A stretch of DNA of 63,696 nucleotides from a virus (lineage: Duplodnaviria; Caudoviricetes). Below the pieces are notes generated by a model, which did no database searches, was not told the DNA's origin, and saw only the letters and a list, made by a program, of their open reading frames with translations. Shown here one piece after another: positions 56,414-63,696 of the stretch. The DNA lies in IMG/VR virus record IMGVR_UViG_3300049167_000064, positions 1-63,696 of that record; one strand, 5' to 3'. A program made the position numbers and the translations under genes. The number at the start of each line of letters is the position of its first letter. Position 1 is the stretch's first letter.

Positions 56414-57030
56414 TGATGAGCCGTCCCTCTCGCCTCCCCTTCCGCGCGGCCCTTGTGTCCGCCTCCGTCGCCACTGTCGCGGCCCTGGCCGTCACCCTGA
56501 CGACGTCCGCGGACGAGGCGCCCGACGCCTGGCCGTCGATGGGGACCGTTCCCGTCGTGACGGAGGGGATCTCCTCACCGTCGCCCTACCGGCCGGAGCC
56601 GCATACCACGAGGGCGGGGGAGCGGACGAAGCTGACGCCGTCCCCGTCCCCGACGGAGCGGGTCGCGAAGCCGAAGACGACTCCCGCGACGAAGCGCCCC
56701 ATCGCGAAACCGCCGACGGACATCCGGATCACGTACTACCGCAACTGCACCGGCTTCGCTCAGTCCTGCATCGACGACGGCCACCTAACGATGTACGGCG
56801 GGCGCATCCTGGCCGGCCACAACTACATGGGCTATCAGTGGCTCTCCCGCGTCGCCGTCGGACGCACCGTGCGCGTCATTGACGGACCTTTGGCGGGGAC
56901 GTACCGGGTCTACGGGCACATGAGGATCACCCGGCAGGGAGGCGCAATCCCTGACTTCGGGGGAGCGGCACTCGTGCTGCAGTCGTGCGAAGGAAGCGGG
57001 ACGGGATTCTCGCTCCTGAAGCGGGTTTGA
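56413..57030 (+). CDS. Membrane-anchored/secreted sortase-like protein
   Basis: N-terminal hydrophobic segment, Pro/Thr linker, ILAGHN and LVLQSC motifs. Confidence 0.55.
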   Translation: MMSRPSRLPFRAALVSASVATVAALAVTLTTSADEAPDAWPSMGTVPVVTEGISSPSPYRPEPHTTRAGERTKLTPSPSPTERVAKPKTTPATKRPIAKPPTDIRITYYRNCTGFAQSCIDDGHLTMYGGRILAGHNYMGYQWLSRVAVGRTVRVIDGPLAGTYRVYGHMRITRQGGAIPDFGGAALVLQSCEGSGTGFSLLKRV

Positions 57031-57038
57031 CGATGGGG

Positions 57039-57069
57039 GTTGTGTCGGCCGACACAACTGTGTCATAGT
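57039..57069 (+). promoter_or_regulatory. Class A promoter with perfect 20-bp operator
   Basis: GTTGTGTCGGCCGACACAAC; TTGTGT-N18-CATAGT. Confidence 0.8.
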
Positions 57070-57115
57070 GAGCCACGCCAGGGACTTACGGAAGTCCAAA
57101 GGAAGAGGAGACATC

Positions 57116-57793
57116 ATGAAGGCCATCGACGACATCACCCGCACTGCGGAGGACGCGCTTTACGAGGGCTTCGACTTCGGTTACGACGAGCGCCCGCTCG
57201 TCGCGGGGGAACTGGGCGCGGGCGTCCTGGCCCCGATCGACGGGGAGCGGGAACCCTTCGACGACACGGAACTCGTGAACGCGGTCGACAAGCCCGACTG
57301 GTTGGTCGCGGCCGGCTTCTGAGCCGGTCATCTGGAGCCCCTGCCAATTGCGGAGGCGGGGGCTCCTCCTCCTGAACCACTTGGCACTGACGAAGGAGTC
57401 AGCCATGGAAACCACACCCTTCATCGTCCAGGACGTCACCGTCGACGCGATCAACATCCTGGCCGGCGACGTCTTCGAGCGTCACGGCAAGACGTGGACC
57501 GCCCGTTTCAACGCCCGCCACTCCGGCCGCTGGACGGCGATCGTCATCACGGAGACCGGAACGGTCTGGCTCTCCGTCGACGACGAGATCACCGTTAAGC
57601 GCACTGTGAGGAGGCGCCCGTGTTCCGCGTAAGCTTCGAGTGGGGCGGCTCGACCCTCGTCGACGTCGTGGCCTACCGGTGCTTCATCCGGGAGGCGTAC
57701 ACGAAGGGATGGCCGCGGACGAAGGTCCCTCGTGGATACGTGGTGACGCTCCCCTCCGGCCGGCTCGTCGCGCTGCTGAAGGAGCTCCGCTAG
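57116..57793 (+). other. Three small hypothetical genes (57116-57322, 57405-57632, 57620-57793)
   Basis: RBSs; the last stop codon lies inside the palindrome at 57787-57804. Confidence 0.65.
57334..57366 (+). terminator. Hairpin with AATTGCGGA loop
   Basis: GGAGCCCCTGCC/GGCGGGGGCTCC. Confidence 0.7.
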
Positions 57794-57854
57794 TCGACTA
57801 GCGGAAGTTGTCGGCCGATGCCTCTTGTGTCGGCCGACACAGCTATGTCATAGT
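57787..57854 (+). promoter_or_regulatory. Palindrome plus class A promoter
   Basis: CCGCTAGTCGACTAGCGG; TTGTGT(57825)-N18-CATAGT. Confidence 0.78.
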
Positions 57855-57888
57855 GAGGGCAACGCAAGGGACTGACGGAGGAGAGACC

Positions 57889-58530
57889 ATGAAGCGCGAG
57901 ACCTACAAGGGCCGGAACATCAAGGTCGTCAAGGGGCGGGGCGCCGACCTCGGCCACACGCGTATCGTCCTGAACGGAGTCGAAATGGGCTCCTGGCTGG
58001 GCGACGAGGACGAGGCCCTCCGCTCCACCCGCGGCACCATCGACCACGCGGACGAGGTCGGAGCCGGCAGCGGCCGTTACGGCGCTGAGTGGTACGCCCC
58101 CGGTACGTACGAGCTTTGCGACGAGGGTCACCCGAAGGAGATCGGCGGAGAGTGCGGACACCACTGGTGCGTGGCGCAGTGCGCCAAGGCCGCTCCCGTC
58201 GTCGACGAGGCGCCGGCAGAGGTGACGGACACCGTTGACACCGACCGCTACGAGCGTGTCTCGCTGGACGACCTGAAGAAGGGCGACCTCATCATCCTTC
58301 CGAACGTGATGATCGGCGGCAACGTAGCGTCGTGGGGAGGTCGCAGTTACACCGTCGACCGCATCGAGCACCGCGCCCCGGGCGTCGTCTTCATCTGGCG
58401 ACAGGCAGACGACCTTCCGCCGAAGTCGACGATGGACCGCTTCATGATGGTGTGTGGGGACCGCGTCCCCGCGGGCGTCCTGCGCGTGAAGCCGGCGCCC
58501 GTGGCCGTCCCCGTCGAACTCACGGCCTGA
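57889..58530 (+). CDS. Hypothetical protein
   Basis: GGAGGAGAG RBS. Confidence 0.75.
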   Translation: MKRETYKGRNIKVVKGRGADLGHTRIVLNGVEMGSWLGDEDEALRSTRGTIDHADEVGAGSGRYGAEWYAPGTYELCDEGHPKEIGGECGHHWCVAQCAKAAPVVDEAPAEVTDTVDTDRYERVSLDDLKKGDLIILPNVMIGGNVASWGGRSYTVDRIEHRAPGVVFIWRQADDLPPKSTMDRFMMVCGDRVPAGVLRVKPAPVAVPVELTA

Positions 58531-58538
58531 ACCACCCT

Positions 58539-58571
58539 GGAGCCCCTGCGAATTGCGGACGCAGGGGCTCC
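58539..58571 (+). terminator. Hairpin with AATTGCGGA loop
   Basis: GGAGCCCCTGCG/CGCAGGGGCTCC. Confidence 0.7.
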
Positions 58572-58613
58572 GCTGCACAAGTTACTCACGATCATGCACA
58601 CGAAAGAGGAGCC

Positions 58614-59285
58614 ATGGACCGGCTGAAGCGCCTGGACCCCATTTTGATCCAGGCCGTCATTGCGGCGGCCCTGTCGTTCGCCCACATCCACGACATTGCA
58701 GCGGCGGCCGGCCAGGGCGGATGGAAGGCATGGGCGTACCCGGTGAGCGTGGATCTCCTCCTCGTCGTCGCCTGGCGTCGCATGCGGACGCGTGGGGACG
58801 CTGCGGGATGGTTCTGGTTCCTGACGGCCATGGCTGCGTCACTGGGCGCCAACGTGGCGACGTCCGGGACGATGGACCTGGCCAACCCTCCGACGTGGCT
58901 CCGCGTCGTCGTGGCGGGATGGCCGGCGATTGCGTTCCTGGGTGGAACGCTGCTCGTCCACAGCAACCGGGCGGAGAAGCTGGCCGCGACGGGGGCGCCC
59001 GAACTCCCGCCCGTGGAGCCACAGGAGCCCGCTGGAGAGCCTGCGAAGGAGCCTGAGAAGGAAGCGGACCCGGAGCCACTGGCGGAGCCGGAGGAGGCCG
59101 ACCACGAGCCGTTTCTCGTGAGCTACGCCCGTGCCGCTGAGTCCCTGGACGTTGCCCCGGAGACGATCCGCGGATGGGCCGCTCAGGGGAAGGTGCAGCG
59201 CTACCCGGGACCGACCCCGAAGAGCGTGCTCGTCGATCTGCTCGAGTGCAAGACAGTCAAAAACCGTCGCCTCGTAGGCGCGTGA
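58614..59285 (+). CDS. DUF2637 (SpdA-like) membrane protein with C-terminal HTH
   Basis: ALSFAH.HD...AWAYP.SVD...SLGANV...VAGWP; TIRGW. Confidence 0.8.
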   Translation: MDRLKRLDPILIQAVIAAALSFAHIHDIAAAAGQGGWKAWAYPVSVDLLLVVAWRRMRTRGDAAGWFWFLTAMAASLGANVATSGTMDLANPPTWLRVVVAGWPAIAFLGGTLLVHSNRAEKLAATGAPELPPVEPQEPAGEPAKEPEKEADPEPLAEPEEADHEPFLVSYARAAESLDVAPETIRGWAAQGKVQRYPGPTPKSVLVDLLECKTVKNRRLVGA

Positions 59286-59297
59286 GGAGGAGAAGTG

Positions 59298-59839
59298 ATG
59301 ACATTCAACCCCCTGAAGTACGACGAGGACGAAGCCCGCGGCACTCTGGAGCGTGCTCTCCCGGGTGGTCACATCGTTGACGACGGAGGCGGACTCGTTC
59401 TCTCTGAAGACGCCCTTAACGCCTACCGCAACGCCGTGGAGGCGCGGGTCCGCGACGAGGTGGCGAAGGAGCTCGAGACGCTCCCCACCTTCAACGACGT
59501 GGCCGATTGGTGCGCGCACATCGGCCGACGGCAGGCAATTGACGTCGCCCGTAACGGCCTTCGGAAGAGGACGCGCTAATGCAGTGCAAAGACATTCCGG
59601 ACGACGTCTTCATGAGCGCCGTTCAGGCCGCGCGTGCCAACTCCGCCGGATGGCGATCCAGGTGGGACGTCCACGAGACGCTGAACGAGGCCATGGACAT
59701 CGACGTCCCGGAGAAGCTGCTCATGGCGAAGGCGCGGAAGCTCGAAGCGCGCGAGATCCTCGGAGGCTGCACCTGTGGATGCCGTGGAGACTGGCACCCG
59801 GCGGACGAGTGTCAGCACCGCGGGATGTGCTGTCGGTAG
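59298..59839 (+). other. Two hypothetical genes (59298-59579, 59579-59839)
   Basis: RBS and TAATG coupling; second gene has GCTCGCRGD. Confidence 0.65.
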
Positions 59840-59848
59840 CCACACATG

Positions 59849-59883
59849 AGAGCCCCCTACCCACGCCGGGTAGGGGGCTCTTT
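59849..59883. terminator. Terminator between convergent genes
   Basis: AGAGCCCCCTACCC...GGGTAGGGGGCTCT. Confidence 0.75.
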
Positions 59884-59894
59884 GCGTTGAAGCC

Positions 59895-60098
59895 TCAGCC
59901 CTTCAGGCCGTCGACGAAGACGCCCCACGCGGAGTCGTCGAAGACGATGGCGGGGCCGGAGGGGCGCTTCGAGTCGCGAACCGGCATCGCGCCTGCGACG
60001 CCGTGGGCCACCTCCACACAGTTGTTGTTGCCACCACTGAAGCTGGACTTCGTCCACTCGAGACCGGAGGCGGAAGCGTCGCGGATGATGTGCGTCAT
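59895..60098 (-). CDS. DUF397 protein
   Basis: WTKSSFS...CVEVA...VRDSK. Confidence 0.93.
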   Translation of the reverse strand: MTHIIRDASASGLEWTKSSFSGGNNNCVEVAHGVAGAMPVRDSKRPSGPAIVFDDSAWGVFVDGLKG

Positions 60099-60949
60099 TG
60101 GATCTTGTCCTTAGTCCTAGCGATGAGGTCGGCCGATTCGTCGAACGGGAGAGCAGCCGCGCGGAGTCGCTCGAAGGCGCTCCCGTACCGACTGACTTCC
60201 GCGCTGTCTTCGACGTAGAGCGCACTCGTCAAGCTCTCCACGAGGACGACGTCCATGTCCGACGTCTCCGGGAAGCCGATGACGGCGAACGGCCCGGAAA
60301 GCCCCGGGTGTGGAGGAGCGTCCAAGGGGAGCACCTGTATCGAGACATGCGGAAGATCTGAGCGGTCCAAGAGGTGCTGCAGCTGATCGCGCATCACGTG
60401 TGACCCCGCAGGGATGCGCGGCCGGAGAGCCGCCTCGTGGACGATGGCCCAGAGCTCGAGCGGCTCCGGGCGGGTGAGGACGGACTGACGCGCCTGACGG
60501 ACTTCGACGAGGGCGTCAACGTGTTCGCGGGTCGAAGTCATGTTGATGGCGTCGATTGTGGCTCGAGCGTAGGCAGCTGTCTGCAGGAGTCCCGGGATGA
60601 GCGTCGCCTCATAGCACCGCATCGACTTTGCGTCAGCCTCCAGGCTGATCAGGTCGGCGTAAGCGGGGGAGATGGCGTCACGGTAGGTCTGCCACCATCC
60701 GCGGCGTGCCCCGTCGCGGGAGAGACCGTGAAGGACGTCCCGCTTCGCCATGTCGTCGACTCGGTAGAGGTCCAGAAGGGACGTCAGGTCGGCCGGCTTG
60801 ACGCCGATGCGCGCCGTTTCGACGCGGGAGATCTTCGCTGCGGGTAGTCCCGTGCGGTCTGTGACGTCGTCCAGCTTCAGGCCGGCAGCCTCTCGGAGAC
60901 GCCGGAGCTCTGCGCCCAGTCGTCGACGGCGAACGGTGGGATCGCTCAT
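60095..60949 (-). CDS. XRE-family HTH regulator with DUF5753 domain
   Basis: RRRRLGAELRRLRE, IPGLLQT..YA, EAAL. Confidence 0.93.
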   Translation of the reverse strand: MSDPTVRRRRLGAELRRLREAAGLKLDDVTDRTGLPAAKISRVETARIGVKPADLTSLLDLYRVDDMAKRDVLHGLSRDGARRGWWQTYRDAISPAYADLISLEADAKSMRCYEATLIPGLLQTAAYARATIDAINMTSTREHVDALVEVRQARQSVLTRPEPLELWAIVHEAALRPRIPAGSHVMRDQLQHLLDRSDLPHVSIQVLPLDAPPHPGLSGPFAVIGFPETSDMDVVLVESLTSALYVEDSAEVSRYGSAFERLRAAALPFDESADLIARTKDKIQ

Positions 60950-61165
60950 GCGGCCGCCTCCTCCCCATTCAGTCCGAGTCTCAGTGTGACGCCAGTTGGT
61001 CGGCGCAGACCACAGGATTCCACAGCTGGCCATTTGCCGGAGACGTGAATATGCAATTTTGCAGAACACAGACTTCCTGTTGCACTTCTGACGGTTCAGC
61101 AGACACACTAGTGGTGCCGACCCGCACACGGCGGGTGATCTCTTTCATGGCGAGAGGGCAGACGT

Positions 61166-61384
61166 ATGCCGCTTCCACAGAGGACGACGCAGGGTCCAGT
61201 TCAGTTAACGGACCCGCTCTCCGATCCGCCCACGCCAGTCCCCGGTTGTGACGTGTGCGCGGCCCTGGCCCGTCAATGGGCACAGGCAAGGGAGGCGGGA
61301 AGTCCTGCCTTTGACCCGTCGCACGCTTCGGACCTGGCTGTCGAAATCCGCCGCCACCCACACGCGAAGAGGCGGCCGTCATGA
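61166..61384 (+). CDS. Small Cys-containing protein with a TTA codon
   Basis: CDVCAAL; TTA at 61205-61207. Confidence 0.7.
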   Translation: MPLPQRTTQGPVQLTDPLSDPPTPVPGCDVCAALARQWAQAREAGSPAFDPSHASDLAVEIRRHPHAKRRPS

Positions 61385-61650
61385 GCCTGCGGACAATCAT
61401 TCGCTCTGTGACGTGGACCCTGCGTCCCGACATTGAGCCTGGAGCGCCGAAGGCGCCGATACACCACGTGGAATGCACGACGTGCCTGGAGCCGTCGGAG
61501 GCCGCGGAGGGAGACCAACTGGCCCCGGAGCTCTGGACGCTTCAGCACGTCGGGAAGAACCCGTCCCACCGGTCCTACCGAGCGATCACCACGAACTTCT
61601 GGCGCGTCTACCCGTCGCCGGCTGACGACGTGGCTGATCCGCCCGCGTGA
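61381..61650 (+). CDS. Small Zn-binding hypothetical protein
   Basis: CTTC...W..H...H.SY; ATGA coupling. Confidence 0.7.
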   Translation: MSLRTIIRSVTWTLRPDIEPGAPKAPIHHVECTTCLEPSEAAEGDQLAPELWTLQHVGKNPSHRSYRAITTNFWRVYPSPADDVADPPA

Positions 61651-61788
61651 CCCCATAGACCCGCGCGTTGGGTGCTCGTCACACCTGGCGCGCGGAAAGG
61701 GCGGGCAGGGTAGCGGAGTCGGTGAGGTCGGCCGCCGCTCCCTGTCCGTTCCTGAAGCCCCCATCGTCGGCGGTGGCGGTGGGTAAGG

Positions 61789-61830
61789 AAGCCCCGGTTA
61801 CTGGCCTGCTACCCCGGTGACCGGGGCTTT
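61789..61830 (+). terminator. Terminator at prophage right end
   Basis: AAGCCCCGGTTAC...GTGACCGGGGCTTT. Confidence 0.65.
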
Positions 61831-61856
61831 CTCGTGCCCGCAGCCTGGATCATGTA

Positions 61857-61883
61857 CTACAGTTAGGCAGCGTTGCTGAACAG
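61857..61883. other. Right attachment junction
   Basis: CTACAGTTAGGC arm plus TTGCTGAACAG core. Confidence 0.92.
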
Positions 61884-62042
61884 GAACGCGTTGTACGTGA
61901 GGACCTTCAGGCGCGGTGTCGTCTCGGCCGGCGCGGCCGAGGCCGTGGGCGCCGCGCCGGCCAGGGCGGTGGCGGCGAGCACGGCGGACAGGGCGGCGGA
62001 CAAGGCGGCGCCGGGGACACGGCGGAGCTCGGAGTGCGGCAC
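61863..62042 (-). pseudogene. sph: Sphingomyelinase 5' part (signal peptide plus LKVLTYNAFLFS), truncated by a stop in the phage arm
   Basis: GTG start with GGGAG RBS; 59 codons, then TAA at 61863-61865. Confidence 0.9.
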
Positions 62043-62163
62043 AGAATCTCCCGTTCAATGGTGGGGGGTTCCACCGGTCGACGGACCGGCGCCGCACATC
62101 AAAGCAGCCGTAGTTACCTTCTGGTAATGGGTAGGTGCCCGGTTTCTGTCTCCCGCCCGACGG

Positions 62164-62622
62164 TCAGGGGGTGAGCGGGAGCTTGAAGCCCACGTGCGAG
62201 CCGGTGAAGCCGAGTTGTTCGTAGAAGCGGTGGGCGTCGGGGCGGGCCGCGTCCGAGGTCAGCTGGACCAGTTGGCAACCCTGCTTGCGGGACTCCTCGA
62301 TCGCCCACTCGATCAGCTGCCGGCCGAGACCCCGGCCGCGCTCCGAGGTGTGGACGCGCACGCCCTCGATGATCGAGCGGGTGCTGCCGCGCCGGGACAG
62401 GCCGGGAACGACGGTCAACTGGAGGGTGCCGACGACAGTGTCACCGCGCTCGGCCACCATCAGCAGCTGGTTCGGGTCGGTCCGCAGCCGTTCGTACGCC
62501 GTCAGGTACGGGCTCAGGTCGTCGGGCGACTCACGCGTCGCTCCCAGGGCGTCGTCGGCGAGCATGGCCACGATGGCAGGGATGTCGTCCGCGACGGCGG
62601 ACCTGATCACGATATCCGTCAT
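62164..62622 (-). CDS. GNAT acetyltransferase
   Basis: IEGVRV...RGRGLG...AHRFYEQLGF. Confidence 0.92.
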   Translation of the reverse strand: MTDIVIRSAVADDIPAIVAMLADDALGATRESPDDLSPYLTAYERLRTDPNQLLMVAERGDTVVGTLQLTVVPGLSRRGSTRSIIEGVRVHTSERGRGLGRQLIEWAIEESRKQGCQLVQLTSDAARPDAHRFYEQLGFTGSHVGFKLPLTP

Positions 62623-62813
62623 GAGCCGGATGCTATCCGCACGCGCGTTCGTCACCGGGTGCGGCCGAGAAGCAGCTGGGGAAGGAGGACCTGCCGGAGG
62701 TCATGCGCGTGGGCAGGGGCAGGGGCCGGGCCTGAGGCTCGTGGGGCCGGTGATCCACACGGCGCATACTGGGAGGTGACAGGCGGGCCGAGCAGAGAGC
62801 AGCGTGGAAACAG

Positions 62814-63683
62814 ATGAGCAGGGCAGCCGCGGACGAGCCCCAGCCACCACCGCCGGGCGGAGTTCTGTGGAGCCTCACCGGTGACATCCGCACGCTGCTG
62901 ATGCTGCCCGCCGCCCTCACCCTGCAGGTCGCCCGCCCGGCCGTCGGCGCCGGTGTCGACGACCACTCCGTCTTCCGCACCGACCCCTGGGGCCGCGGTG
63001 AACGTTCCCTGCGCTCGCTCCAGCTGTGGGTCTACGGCGGTGAGGCGGCGGCCCAGGAGGGCAGGAGGCTCCGGGAACTGCACCGCACGATTCAAGGCAC
63101 CGACGCGCACGGCCGCAACTACCACGCGCTCACCCCCGCCCACTACGCCTGGGTCCACGCCACCGGCTTCCCCGTGTTCCGGCACGCCGCTCGCTATCTG
63201 GTGCGCGAACTGACCGAGGCCGAGGAGCGGCAACTGTACGGGGAGTGGCTCCAGGTCGGCCGGGTCCTGGGCATCCACGACAGGGACATGCCGCAGACCG
63301 TCGAGGAGTTCTGGCCGTACTACCGCAAGATGCTGGCCGACGAGGTGGAGGCCACCGTCGTCGTCCGCGAACTGGTGGACGTGGACCAGCCCGTCCCGCC
63401 GCCGGACCGTGGGCCGCTGCCGGCCCGGCTGGTGCTGCGGGTGCTGTGGCCGCTGCTGCGCGGGCCGTTCGCCCGCGTCCGCCGGTTCATGACGATCGGG
63501 CTGATGCCACCGGACGCCCGAGAGGCCATCGGACTGCCGTGGACGGACGCGCAGGAACGCCGGCTGCGGTGCGTCGGCCGGGTCGTACGGGCCGTGGTGC
63601 CCGTACTTCCCGAACGCCTGCGCTATCTGCCGCTCGCCCGCGAGGCCCGGGCCAGGGTCAGACCAGGCCTCCACGCTCGATGA
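62814..63683 (+). CDS. DUF2236 / MpaB-like oxygenase family protein
   Basis: LQVARPAVGAGVDDHS.F..DPWGR, WVHAT. Confidence 0.88.
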   Translation: MSRAAADEPQPPPPGGVLWSLTGDIRTLLMLPAALTLQVARPAVGAGVDDHSVFRTDPWGRGERSLRSLQLWVYGGEAAAQEGRRLRELHRTIQGTDAHGRNYHALTPAHYAWVHATGFPVFRHAARYLVRELTEAEERQLYGEWLQVGRVLGIHDRDMPQTVEEFWPYYRKMLADEVEATVVVRELVDVDQPVPPPDRGPLPARLVLRVLWPLLRGPFARVRRFMTIGLMPPDAREAIGLPWTDAQERRLRCVGRVVRAVVPVLPERLRYLPLAREARARVRPGLHAR

Positions 63684-63696
63684 CCGACGCGTACCA

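Larger units (their letters stand above)
1645..61883. mobile_element. Integrated temperate siphovirus-like prophage (~60.2 kb)
   Basis: 11-bp direct repeat TTGCTGAACAG at both ends, serine integrase, complete packaging, head, tail, lysis and replication modules. Confidence 0.97.

Noticed and set aside
14683-57804. CRISPR interpretation of the palindromic repeats and the Cas4-like nuclease
   Set aside because: Repeats are dispersed, with no regular spacers and no cas operon; the nuclease is a common phage exonuclease

Overview
High-GC Streptomyces-type chromosomal window. It is almost entirely occupied by an apparently complete ~60.2 kb temperate siphovirus-like prophage (att cores TTGCTGAACAG at 1645-1655 and 61873-61883). 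The prophage is integrated by a large serine integrase inside a secreted sphingomyelinase gene, which precise excision would restore. Host flanks: an S1 protease with a DasR-like site on the left; GNAT and DUF2236/MpaB-like genes on the right. Prophage order: integrase, RNA island (5 canonical tRNAs, one atypical tRNA, structured spacers), packaging/head/tail/lysis genes, putative immunity region, a long early region (exonuclease, RNA ligase, phiC31 gp3-like RDF, MTase, resolvase, primase-helicase, PolA, sigma-like factor), many small genes, and an XRE/DUF397 module. The most unusual part is an early operon at ~54.3-56.1 kb whose genes are separated by structured RNAs: a ~210-nt closed multi-hairpin leader, two tandem pseudoknotted type II hammerhead ribozymes and a D-armless tRNA-like element, each just upstream of an RBS. 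Dispersed regulatory motifs are also visible: a 9-copy 18-bp palindrome, two promoter families, conserved leader and terminator-loop motifs, and two AT-rich palindromes with flipped cores. All protein calls come from motif recognition and synteny by eye; no database searches or folding programs were run.
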